The notes under the pieces were generated by a model that worked only from the letters and a program-made list of their open reading frames with translations, made no database searches and was not told the origin of the DNA. The translations under genes and the position numbers were made by a program. 16,699 nt of DNA from an uncultured Elusimicrobia bacterium. GTDB lineage: Bacteria > Elusimicrobiota > Elusimicrobia > UBA1565 > UBA9628. Location of the stretch: the NCBI GenBank assembly GCA_964653765.1, contig CAZZGQ010000043.1, positions 1-16,699 of the forward strand, given 5' to 3'. Below, in pieces: positions 1 through 7,595 of this stretch. Positions within the stretch are counted from its first letter, which is position 1; the number at the start of each line of letters is the position of its first letter.

Positions 1-278
1 ACTTCTCGCCCCAGGACCCGCTCTCGTTCTACCTGCTGATCGGCTACGGCTGGTATTGGAGCCACGTCGGTGGAGGGGGCGCGCACACCGAGACGAGCTC
101 GCGGCCGCATGCCGGAGGCGGCGTGGAGCTCTTGGGCGGCGGAGATTGGGCGCTCGACGCCTCCTACGAGTTCATCTGGAGCCAAGTCTGGCGCCCGAAC
201 GACACCGGCCATCCCTACGGCAGCGGCTTCCATGAGCGCGGCTCGATGATCACGCTCTCGGCCGTGCGCCGCTTCTAG
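1..278 (+). CDS. Outer-membrane beta-barrel protein, C-terminal fragment (5' end outside the window; frame 3; stop TAG 276-278)
   Basis: Open frame from the window edge to TAG, translating ...GYGWYWSHVGGG...YEFIWSQVWRPNDTGHPYGSGFHERGSMITLSAVRRF. It ends in alternating hydrophobic residues with a terminal Phe, which is the typical C-terminal beta-strand signature of outer-membrane barrel proteins. It is aromatic- and Gly-rich. No specific family recognised. Confidence 0.4.
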   Translation, partial: FSPQDPLSFYLLIGYGWYWSHVGGGGAHTETSSRPHAGGGVELLGGGDWALDASYEFIWSQVWRPNDTGHPYGSGFHERGSMITLSAVRRF

Positions 279-300
279 CGACGGAGAGCGCCCGTTCTCT

Positions 301-342
301 AGGCCTATGGGCTCTTCGGCGACGCCGAAGGCACTTCGGCCT
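301..342 (+). terminator. GC-rich palindromic hairpin cluster downstream of the outer-membrane barrel gene (possible factor-independent terminator, no U-tract)
   Basis: Seen directly. CTTCGGC (314-320), loop gac, then GCCGAAG (324-330) is a perfect 7-bp inverted repeat. CTTCGGC is repeated again at 334-340. An outer AGGCC (301-305) / GGCCT (338-342) pair encloses it. It lies 25 nt after the TAG stop. There is no T-tract, so terminator function is only inferred. Confidence 0.2.
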
Positions 343-425
343 CAAGGACGCCCGGGGCAGGCTGAAGAAAGCGCGCTTGGCGTGGCCGGTCGGATGCGCC
401 ACGATTTCATGCGCGACTGGACCCT

Positions 426-503
426 ATAAACACAAAACCCCTGGGCTTTATCTCGCCCAAGGGCCGGTCCCGACATTTCTTGTTACGGGTTCGAAAGCGA
501 CAA
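426..503 (-). repeat. Copy 1 of a roughly 78-nt imperfect direct repeat (partner at 8590-8667). It contains a minus-strand Rho-independent terminator at 426-463.
   Basis: The plus strand reads aaacacaaaacccctgggctttatctcgcccaagggccggtcccgacatttcttgttacgggttcgaaagcgac. This matches 8590-8664 at roughly 80% identity with one indel. On the minus strand it reads CCCTTGGGC-gagataaa-GCCCAGGGG (a 9-bp stem with one G.U pair) followed by TTTTGTGTTTAT. It lies downstream of the minus-strand lipoprotein gene that ends at 614. Confidence 0.6.
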
Positions 504-613
504 CTACATTCTAGCATGGATCAGCCGCCGCCGTCAAGCGAAAAAGCCGTGCCTTTTGGCCACCGCTCGCTCAACCAGGTCCGCCGACTCTACTTCAACC
601 TGTTCTTCGCCGA

Positions 614-1054
614 CTAGTTGGCGGACTTGACGTTGACGTGGACGCTGCGCGCCTCGTCGCCGGCCACCCGCAGCTTCAGGTAGTCGCCTTCCTTGAGGTC
701 GGCCAGGGCCAGCTTCTGCTCGTTGCCGCCCTTGGTGATGGCGGCGTCGGCGGCGATCATGAAGGTATGGACCTTGCCGCGCTTGTCCTTGACGATGAGC
801 TTGCGTCCGCCGGCGTCGATGGACTGGACCACGGCCCAGGACGTCCTCAAGGCCAGCGTGCCCTGGCTGGCGGCGGCCGAGGCGGCCGGCGCGGAAGCGG
901 GCTGCGACGCGGCGACTGCCGGCTTCGCGGCCGGAGCGGCGGCGGCCGCCGGGACGGCGGCGACGGTCTTCTTCGCCGGATGCGTGGCGCAGCCCGACAG
1001 GCCGGCGGCGCAGAACGCCGCCAAGCCCCAAGACGCGACATGGACCTTATTCAT
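614..1054 (-). CDS. Lipoprotein with an Ala/Pro-rich linker and a small C-terminal domain (hypothetical); last gene of the pal operon
   Basis: ATG at 1054 with GGAGG 12 nt upstream. N-terminus is MNKVHVASWGLAAFCAAGLSGC, a signal peptide with an L-S-G-C lipobox. This is followed by a low-complexity AAPAAKPAVAAS linker and a roughly 75-aa C-terminal domain (LKEGDYLKLRV...). The upstream portion of ORF 614..1585 in the six-frame track is Arg-rich wrong-frame read-through. Confidence 0.6.
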   Translation of the reverse strand: MNKVHVASWGLAAFCAAGLSGCATHPAKKTVAAVPAAAAAPAAKPAVAASQPASAPAASAAASQGTLALRTSWAVVQSIDAGGRKLIVKDKRGKVHTFMIAADAAITKGGNEQKLALADLKEGDYLKLRVAGDEARSVHVNVKSAN

Positions 1055-1104
1055 GAATGAGAGAGCCTCCAGATGGGATGATGGACGATATATCCGTTTC
1101 CGGC

Positions 1105-1647
1105 CTACCGCCGGGAGCTGCCGACGGTCTGAGCCACCGCCTCCAGCGTCTGGGCGCGGCGGTTCTGCTTCCAGCACTCTTCCGAGGATCGCGAGCATAC
1201 CGGCTTCTCCTTGCCGTAGCTGATGGTGGCCACGCGCGAGCCCGAGAGGCCGAGCATCCGGTAATACTCGCGCACGGCGTTCGCACGGCGCTGGCCCAGC
1301 GCCAGGTTGTACTCGACCGTCCCGCGCTGGTCGGTGTTGCCCGCGACCTGAACCTTGACCTCGGGATGATCCTTCAGCCACGCGGCGTTGGCGGCCAGGG
1401 TCTGGCGCGCCGGCGCCTTCAGGGCGTCGCTGTTGTAATCGAAGTACACGGTCTTGAGCTCGGGGACGCTGATCGTCGCCGCGGCGCGCACGTCCGGCTC
1501 GGCCTGCGGGAGGCCGGCCGTGGTGTCGGCGCTCGCGGGAGCGGCCGTCGTCTCCGAGGTTTTCTTGACCGACTGGTGCGCGCACGCCGAGAACAGGCCG
1601 GCGGCGGCGATCACGGCCACGACCCGAACGATATCCGAAGACTTCAT
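1105..1647 (-). CDS. pal: Peptidoglycan-associated lipoprotein Pal (OmpA-family C-terminal domain)
   Basis: ATG at 1647 with GGAGG 8 nt upstream. N-terminus MKSSDIVRVVAVIAAAGLFSAC is a lipoprotein signal. The C-terminal domain reads TVYFDYNSDALK...NTDQRGTVEYNLALGQRRANAV...ISYGKEKP, the classic OmpA/Pal peptidoglycan-binding motifs. The Pal ATG overlaps the upstream gene's TGA as ATGA. Confidence 0.85.
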   Translation of the reverse strand: MKSSDIVRVVAVIAAAGLFSACAHQSVKKTSETTAAPASADTTAGLPQAEPDVRAAATISVPELKTVYFDYNSDALKAPARQTLAANAAWLKDHPEVKVQVAGNTDQRGTVEYNLALGQRRANAVREYYRMLGLSGSRVATISYGKEKPVCSRSSEECWKQNRRAQTLEAVAQTVGSSRR

Positions 1648-1949
1648 GAAGGTTTCCTCCGATGAGCGGCTATCTTCTTGCGGCGAAGCACGAAACAGGG
1701 GACTCCGTCGCGCTCCTGCACGTCCAGCCGGTAGTCGGCCAGGCGGCTGTAGGCGCGCGCTTCCAAGTACACGGCGAAGTCCCTCTTGCTGATGGTCAGA
1801 TCGGCCTCTCGAGGCCCGGCCTCGTCCCATTTCAAGAAGACGCTGCCTCCTTCCACCACCAGCCGCACCCCCGTCTTCGCCGGCAGCCGCTGAAGAGCCT
1901 TCAGCTCCCGGATGCGATCGAGGGCGCCGCTGCTGATGTCCATCGCCAC
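1644..1949 (-). CDS. Hypothetical protein (about 100 aa), first gene of the pal operon. It has weak IscA/HesB-like N-terminal resemblance but no cysteines.
   Basis: ORF translates M(A)MDISSGALDRIRELKALQRLPAKTGVRLVVEGGSVFLKW... The start is either GTG at 1949 or ATG at 1943. Its stop TGA (1644-1646) overlaps the pal ATG (ATGA), indicating translational coupling. Function unknown. Confidence 0.5.
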   Translation of the reverse strand: MAMDISSGALDRIRELKALQRLPAKTGVRLVVEGGSVFLKWDEAGPREADLTISKRDFAVYLEARAYSRLADYRLDVQERDGVPCFVLRRKKIAAHRRKPS

Positions 1950-1973
1950 AGGACTATAGCTTCCCCGCCATAT

Positions 1974-1988
1974 ATCTTGAAAGACGAT
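1974..1988. promoter_or_regulatory. LysR-type regulator binding box ATC-N9-GAT (T-N11-A) in the divergent intergenic region
   Basis: Seen: ATCttgaaagacGAT at 1974-1988, flanked by partial dyad TATATC/GATAAT. It sits in the AT-rich 68-bp gap between the minus-strand pal operon start (1949) and the LysR start (2018). Established: LysR-type regulators bind T-N11-A dyads upstream of divergently transcribed targets. Confidence 0.5.
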
Positions 1989-2017
1989 AATATGTTAGTC
2001 TGATATCGGTTTTATAG

Positions 2018-2959
2018 ATGATACCTCTCAACTACCATCACCTCTATTATTTCTGGACCGTCGGACGCCTGGGAAGCATCTCGGCCGCCGGCCACGAGCT
2101 CTACCTCTCCCAGTCGACGCTGAGCAGCCAGCTCAAGGAGCTCGAGCGATCGCTCAACGCCAAGCTGCTGACGCGCAGCCGCTCGGGCGTGACGATGACC
2201 GCCGAAGGGCGGGCCGTCTTCGACCGGTGCGCCAGGATCTTCGCCGAGGGTGCCGAGCTCGCGGCCTTCGTGAAGTCCGGCTACAAGGCGGAGTCGGTCC
2301 TGCGCGTCGGCGTCCGGCCCACCGTGACGCGCGAGGTCGTGCTGCGGGTGCTGCGCTTCGTCCAGCTCAAGGACAAGGAGTGCCGCGTCGCCTTGTTCAG
2401 CGGCGAGGCCGAGGTGCTCGTCAACAAGCTCAGGCAGCAGGCGCTGGACGTCGTGATCGGCAATCAGGACTTCTCCGTCGTCTCCGCCAAGGAGCTGCGT
2501 GGGCGGCTCGTCAGCCAGCTGCCGGTCTACTTCGTGGCGAACCGTCGTTTGCGGCGCGCGGTCAAGCGCTTCCCGGCCGACCTGGCGAAGATCCCCCTCC
2601 TGCTGCGGCCGGCGGACACCTCAGTCCGCAGGCAGCTCGACCAATACCTCCGCCGCAAGCGGATCGCCTACACGGTGGCCGCCGACAGCGACGACGTCGA
2701 TCTCCTGCGCCGCCTGGCGATCGAAGGGCGCGGCGTGGCCGTCTTGAGCGCCATGTCCATCGCCTCCGACCTAAAATCCGGCCGCCTCGCCACGCTCCAC
2801 TCCTCGCCCGTCGACATCCACGAGCCGGTCTGGTTCATCTGCCACGCCCAGCCTCGCGCCGATCCGGGCCTGCGCCGGGTGCTCGACGGCCTCATGAGCG
2901 AGTTCATGGCCTCGGGCCGCGCGCCCAAGGTCCTCTCGCGCCTCGACGTCCAGGCCTGA
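2018..2959 (+). CDS. LysR-family transcriptional regulator
   Basis: N-terminal HTH reads MIPLNYHHLYYFWTVGRLGSISAAGHELYLSQSTLSSQLKELERSLNAKLLTRSRSGVTMTAEGR, the canonical LysR-type N-terminus. It is 313 aa with a C-terminal co-inducer-binding-domain-like region. Confidence 0.9.
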   Translation: MIPLNYHHLYYFWTVGRLGSISAAGHELYLSQSTLSSQLKELERSLNAKLLTRSRSGVTMTAEGRAVFDRCARIFAEGAELAAFVKSGYKAESVLRVGVRPTVTREVVLRVLRFVQLKDKECRVALFSGEAEVLVNKLRQQALDVVIGNQDFSVVSAKELRGRLVSQLPVYFVANRRLRRAVKRFPADLAKIPLLLRPADTSVRRQLDQYLRRKRIAYTVAADSDDVDLLRRLAIEGRGVAVLSAMSIASDLKSGRLATLHSSPVDIHEPVWFICHAQPRADPGLRRVLDGLMSEFMASGRAPKVLSRLDVQA

Positions 2960-2979
2960 ACCTGCTGCCGGGCCGTGCT

Positions 2980-3267
2980 CTAGGCCTCGACGGCCGTCAT
3001 GCCGGCGACGTGCACGGTCAGGCGGCGCAGGGCGCCCGAGCGCCTGTAGCCCTCGGCGAACTCCTGGGCCGCCTCGAGGCTGGAGAAGCCCTCCACGATC
3101 GAGTACGTGATCGGCTGGTCGGGCCGCCAACGCGCCACCCACACGGGCGGCGCCAACTTATGGAGGGCGCGCAGCGCCTCGATGCGGTTGGTGTACGTGA
3201 CGCCCACCACCGCTTCCCTCGCCGCCGAATTGACCGCCTCATAAACGCACAGCCCGTGCCTGTTCAT
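2980..3267 (-). CDS. Small alpha+beta protein, DUF1330/Dabb-like (hypothetical), 95 aa
   Basis: ATG at 3267 preceded by AAGGGGG. Protein is MNRHGLCVYEAVNSAAREAVVGVTYTNRIEALRALHKL...WVARWRPDQPITYSIVEGFSSLEAAQEFAEGYRRSGAL. The layout resembles DUF1330 / dimeric alpha-beta barrel proteins. The family call is low-confidence. Confidence 0.5.
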   Translation of the reverse strand: MNRHGLCVYEAVNSAAREAVVGVTYTNRIEALRALHKLAPPVWVARWRPDQPITYSIVEGFSSLEAAQEFAEGYRRSGALRRLTVHVAGMTAVEA

Positions 3268-3358
3268 CGTGCCCCCCTTCGCCCCGGTAGGATGCCGGGC
3301 CGTGGCCGATAACACAAGAATCGGTCTCGTAGAAATGTGATGACGGGCGGGTGACCGC

Positions 3359-3952
3359 CTACTTCGGCGCGATCGCCTGGGCGATCTTGCGGCGGGAAGC
3401 CTCGAGGGAGTCGATCATCGACTCGGCCTGGCGCTCGAGGCGCTTGAACTTGAGGCCAGCGGCCTCCTCTTTGAGGGCCTTGATGGCCGCGATGAAGCGC
3501 GTCATCGGCTCCTGCAGCCGCTCCAGCTCGGCGGCGATGCGGCGCTTGTCGTCCTCGGAGAGCTCGCCCTTCAGCTTGCCGAACCCGGTGAGGCCCGCGC
3601 CGACGGTCTTCACGTCCTCCTGGATCTGCGCCAGCTTCTTCTGCAGCTCGTCCTCGCGCTGCCGGCGCTGCTGGATGAGCTGCGCGCGCTCGGCGACGAT
3701 GCGCGCCGCGGCGTCCGCCTTGTCGCGCGCCTCCTGCATGGACTTGGAGAAGTCCTGCATCGTCTGGGCGAGCGCCTGGCCGTAGCCGGCGACCCGGTTG
3801 AGTATCCTGATGCCCTCGTCGAGACCCCGGTCGGACTCGAGGTCGAGACGGGCGAGCTGCTCGCCGCCGCGAGCGAGCTCGGCGAACTCCTGGTCGAGCT
3901 TCAGCGCGAGGCGTCCGAACGGCGTCAGGTCTTCGAGGCGGACGGAGGGCAT
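3359..3952 (-). CDS. Coiled-coil protein (hypothetical), downstream partner of the flotillin gene
   Basis: 197 aa, highly charged, with heptad-like E/R/K/Q-rich sequence (…AERAQLIQQRRQREDELQKKLAQIQEDVKT…). Same strand as the flotillin gene and 75 nt downstream of it. No SD at its ATG. Confidence 0.6.
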   Translation of the reverse strand: MPSVRLEDLTPFGRLALKLDQEFAELARGGEQLARLDLESDRGLDEGIRILNRVAGYGQALAQTMQDFSKSMQEARDKADAAARIVAERAQLIQQRRQREDELQKKLAQIQEDVKTVGAGLTGFGKLKGELSEDDKRRIAAELERLQEPMTRFIAAIKALKEEAAGLKFKRLERQAESMIDSLEASRRKIAQAIAPK

Positions 3953-4027
3953 GGAGAGGTTGTAGCTATTGGGCGGCCAACTCGTCCAGGGTCAGCCGCG
4001 CGGCCTCGCCTCTCCACCGGGCGCGGT

Positions 4028-6094
4028 CTAGCCGTTTTGAGCCGTCGCCGTCCCGCCTTCGCCGTTGCCGTTCTTGGCCAGCTTGTCGCGGAGCTGCCGG
4101 CGCAGCTTCTCGGCCTGAGGGTCGCGCGGCGGCAGCTGCGTGGAGAGGGACTGTCCGAGTTTGTCCGACATGAGCATGGCCAGCAGCACCTCCAGCACCG
4201 AGCCGCCCCCGCCCATCTGAGCCGGCGAGCCGCCTCCCCCTCCGCCTCCGGCGCCGATCAAGATCTTCGGCACGACGTCGACGCCGCTGCCTTGGATGGC
4301 CTCGGCGAAGCGCGACATCACCTGCTGCGTGAGCTGGAACTGCGGGCCGCCGTAGGCGCGGACCTGCTCATCGATGGCGATCGCCTGGCCTATGCCGACG
4401 CGCGCGGCCTTCTCGGCCTCGGCCTCGGCGATGGCGCGGATCTTGTCGGCCTCCGCGTCCGCCATGGCGCGTATCTGCGAGGCCTGCTGGATCGAGCGCT
4501 GGTAGTCGGCCTTGCCTTGGTTGGTCTGGATCGAGATCGACACCTCGGACTCCGTCAGCGCCTGCTGCTGCGCCGCGCGAGCCTCCGCCTCGCGGAGCTC
4601 GCGCTCCTTGGCGGCGGCCCGCTCCTGGCGCCCGTAGGTCTCGATCTTCTCCTCCGCGATCTGGCGCGTGCGCAGCTGGGTCAGGATCTCCTCGATCTTC
4701 TGGTCGCCCGGCGAGGAGCGTGGCGTCCCGATGAGGACCTCCTCGAGCTCGAGGTTGTAGTGGGCGAACTTCTCCTTCATCTCCACGCCGGCCTGCTGCT
4801 GGATCGTGCTGCGGTCCTGGATCAGCTGGATGAGCGTGCGGATCTGGCCCACATTCTTGAAGTAGGCGGAAACCATCGGATCCAGCGTCTGCTCCACGAG
4901 CTTGCGGATGTCGCCGAAGCGCTGGATGACGAGCGGCGCCTTCTTGTAGTCGATGTGGACGACGACCGAGAGCGGCAGCGACGGCTCGAAGGCGTCCTTG
5001 GTGATGAGCGAGACCTCGGTCAGGTTCTCGTCGTACTTGTGCACGCCCGTCTCGGCGCGGATCCACTTCAGTACGAAGTTCGTAGTCGGCACCGTGATGA
5101 TCTTGCCGGCGTAGGTGTTGAAGGGGTATTTGCCGGGCAGCAGCGCCTCGCTCCAAACGCCGCGCTGGCCTTTGAGCACGAGCTCACCGTGCTTGTAGTC
5201 GTCGCCGGAGAGGTCCTTGCCGATCTCGCCCGTGTAGGAGACGACGACGCCTACGTTGCCGACCTCGATGACCGTCTTCGGGATCATCTCGACCGTGGCG
5301 AAAAGGCGGTTGATGTAATAGGTGCCTTCGATGAGCACCTGGAGCTGCCGCCCACGGCGGCCGCCGGCCTCAAGGAACATCTCGGGATTCTGGAAGTTGT
5401 TGTGGTAGTGGTCGGCTACCGTCGGATCGTTGCCGACCACAGGAGCGATGATCTCGCCGGCGGGGAGCGCCGGTCCGTCGTGCACCGTGACGATTCCTAC
5501 GAGGTCGTCCGAACCCTTGATCACGACGGGCTTGAAGCCCCCGCGCTCACCGATCGCCTGCGACATCTGGGCGAACAGCTTTTCGTCCTCACGGTTGAGC
5601 GGCAGGAAGTACCCGCGCTCCTCGCCGATGACGATGAACTGCGCCAAGTTGATGGCGTACGTGCCCTCGCGCAGGATCTTGCGCTGCGGCCCGCGCTGGC
5701 CGCCGTTTTTGAGGAAGCCCGCCACGTCGGTGAAATCGCTGGCGGCGACGTTGGCCGCCAGGGCCTGCGTCGACTCGAGTTGGCGACCGTCCCGGGCGAA
5801 CACGTAGCCGATCTTCCCCTGTGGGATCGTCACCAGCGGCTCGCTGTGCACCGTATATTGGAAAGGCATCAGCCAATGCAGGCCGCCGCGCAGGACCTCG
5901 GGCTGGAAGCCCGCCTCGCCGCTCAAAGCGATCAGGCCGTGGCGCACGGAGCCTCCGCCGCTCCAATTCTTTTCGACGATGCCGATACGATCGTTGGGGA
6001 TGTAACGGATGCCCATGAGAAAGAGCACCACGGCCACGACGATCGGCGAGTAAGTGAGCACCAGGTGCCAATCTTGAGGAGTGAACGTGAGCAT
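4028..6094 (-). CDS. Flotillin-family (SPFH/band-7) membrane protein, YqiK/FloT-like, 688 aa
   Basis: N-terminal TM segment LVLTYSPIVVAVVLFLMGI. SPFH-like region. A long Glu/Ala-rich coiled-coil (…AAKERELREAEARAAQQQALTESE…AEADKIRAIAEAEAEKAARVGIG…) typical of the flotillin domain. Gly-rich tail GAGGGGGGGSPAQMGGGGS. The opposite-strand 902-aa ORF is an Arg-rich artefact. Confidence 0.8.
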   Translation of the reverse strand: MLTFTPQDWHLVLTYSPIVVAVVLFLMGIRYIPNDRIGIVEKNWSGGGSVRHGLIALSGEAGFQPEVLRGGLHWLMPFQYTVHSEPLVTIPQGKIGYVFARDGRQLESTQALAANVAASDFTDVAGFLKNGGQRGPQRKILREGTYAINLAQFIVIGEERGYFLPLNREDEKLFAQMSQAIGERGGFKPVVIKGSDDLVGIVTVHDGPALPAGEIIAPVVGNDPTVADHYHNNFQNPEMFLEAGGRRGRQLQVLIEGTYYINRLFATVEMIPKTVIEVGNVGVVVSYTGEIGKDLSGDDYKHGELVLKGQRGVWSEALLPGKYPFNTYAGKIITVPTTNFVLKWIRAETGVHKYDENLTEVSLITKDAFEPSLPLSVVVHIDYKKAPLVIQRFGDIRKLVEQTLDPMVSAYFKNVGQIRTLIQLIQDRSTIQQQAGVEMKEKFAHYNLELEEVLIGTPRSSPGDQKIEEILTQLRTRQIAEEKIETYGRQERAAAKERELREAEARAAQQQALTESEVSISIQTNQGKADYQRSIQQASQIRAMADAEADKIRAIAEAEAEKAARVGIGQAIAIDEQVRAYGGPQFQLTQQVMSRFAEAIQGSGVDVVPKILIGAGGGGGGGSPAQMGGGGSVLEVLLAMLMSDKLGQSLSTQLPPRDPQAEKLRRQLRDKLAKNGNGEGGTATAQNG

Positions 6095-6260
6095 AGGGGA
6101 TCGGAGACCTCGCTGCTTCGGATTGGCCGGAGTATAGCCCTGGGTCCGATCGGCGTCAATGCGTGGTCGCCGCGAGCCGGGAGTCTTCGGAGACGATCCG
6201 TGACGAGACCTGACAGCGGCGGCTTGCTCCCGTCATCTTTTCAGGCTAAAGTTGAGGACC

Positions 6261-6659
6261 ATGAGAAAGCCGATCGCCCTCGCTTCGCTGCTCTTGCTCG
6301 CGGCCCCTGTCCTCGCCGAGGACCTCGGCCCCGCCGCCGCCACGATCCCCGCGCCCGCGGCGGCGGTTGCGGCCCCGGCTGCGACGCCGCGCGCTCCGAG
6401 GACGCTCGCCGGCGTCGGCCGGCACGCGACGCGCACGATCACGGCGCTCATGCGGAGCCTGGCGCTCAGCCGCATCCCCGCGGAGCGGCGCGCGGAGCTC
6501 AACGACCGGCTCCTCGCCGTCCAGGCTCAGGTCGCCTCCGCCGTCGACGCGGGCCGGCCGCCCGCGGGCGAGGACGTCGACGGGTTCGCGGCGCGCCTCG
6601 GCAAGGACCTCGACGCCGTCGCCGGCGCCATCGACGCGGCCTCTCGGCGCGCGCCCTGA
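6261..6659 (+). CDS. Secreted Ala/Pro-rich hypothetical protein (signal peptide)
   Basis: ATG 6261 with GAGG just upstream. MRKPIALASLLLLAAPVLAEDLGP is a signal peptide with an AxA-like site. A possible -35/-10 pair (TTGCTC-N17-TAAAGT) lies upstream. Low-complexity Ala-rich sequence in a high-GC genome could also be a frame artefact, hence modest confidence. Confidence 0.4.
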   Translation: MRKPIALASLLLLAAPVLAEDLGPAAATIPAPAAAVAAPAATPRAPRTLAGVGRHATRTITALMRSLALSRIPAERRAELNDRLLAVQAQVASAVDAGRPPAGEDVDGFAARLGKDLDAVAGAIDAASRRAP

Positions 6660-6680
6660 TCGCGCCAGCTTGGCTAGGCG

Positions 6681-7595
6681 ATGCACCCCCGCAACCGCCA
6701 CTCCGGCCGCTACGACTTGGACGCGTTGGCGAAGAGCGTCCCTGAGCTGGCCGCCTTCGTGCGGCCCAACCCGGCCGGCCAGCCCACCGTCGACTTCGCC
6801 GACCCCGCCGCCGTGAAGGCCCTCAACCGCGCGCTCTTGAAGGCCTACTACGGCGTGGAGCATTGGGACATCCCGCCCGGCTATCTGTGCCCGCCGGTCC
6901 CCGGCCGAGCGGACCACGTCCATCACGCCGCCGACCTGCTGGCCTCCGTCAACGGCGGGGAGGTGCCGCGCGGGGACTCCGTGCGCGTGCTGGACGTCGG
7001 CGTGGGCGCGAACTGCATCTATCCCATCATCGGCCGCGCGGAATACGGCTGGCGCTTCGTGGGCACCGAGATCGACCCGGCGGCGCTGGCCTGCGCGCGA
7101 AGGACCGTGGAGGCCAATGCCTCGCTCTTTCAGGGCGTGAAGCTGCGCGCGCAGACTCCTCCCTCGATCTTGAAGGGGTTGCTCAAGCCCGAGGAGCGCT
7201 TCGACCTGACGCTTTGCAATCCTCCGTTCAATGCCTCCCTCGAGGAGGCATCGGCGGGCACCAAGCGGAAGTGGGAGAAGCTGCACCGCCCGGAGACGGG
7301 AAAGAACTTCGGCGGCCAGGGCAGCGAGCTTTGGACGCCCGGCGGCGAGGCGGCCTTCATCGGCCGCCTGATCGCCGAGAGCGCGGCGCCGGCCGCGCAG
7401 GTCTTCTGGTTCTCGACGCTGGTCTCGCGGTCGGAAAGCCTGCCGGCCGTGTCGAAGGCGCTGGAGCGCGTGAAGCCGGCGCTGACGCGCGTCGTGGAGA
7501 TGTCCCAGGGCCAAAAGAAAAGCCGCCTCGTGGCCTGGACCTTCCTCGACGAGAAAAGCCGCGCCGAGTGGCGCCGGCTGCGCTGGGCCCGCTAG
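6681..7595 (+). CDS. rlmF: 23S rRNA (adenine-N6)-methyltransferase RlmF (YbiN family)
   Basis: [87 protein letters not shown]... Also a SAM-methyltransferase [15 protein letters not shown] motif and the NPPF catalytic motif. Matches the RlmF/METTL16 family throughout. Confidence 0.85.
   Translation: MHPRNRHSGRYDLDALAKSVPELAAFVRPNPAGQPTVDFADPAAVKALNRALLKAYYGVEHWDIPPGYLCPPVPGRADHVHHAADLLASVNGGEVPRGDSVRVLDVGVGANCIYPIIGRAEYGWRFVGTEIDPAALACARRTVEANASLFQGVKLRAQTPPSILKGLLKPEERFDLTLCNPPFNASLEEASAGTKRKWEKLHRPETGKNFGGQGSELWTPGGEAAFIGRLIAESAAPAAQVFWFSTLVSRSESLPAVSKALERVKPALTRVVEMSQGQKKSRLVAWTFLDEKSRAEWRRLRWAR

Noticed and set aside
4037-6745. 902-aa plus-strand ORF antisense to the flotillin gene
   Set aside because: Translation is dominated by Arg/Leu/Ala/Gly runs, typical of wrong-frame read-through in 70% GC DNA. 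The minus-strand flotillin gene explains the region.
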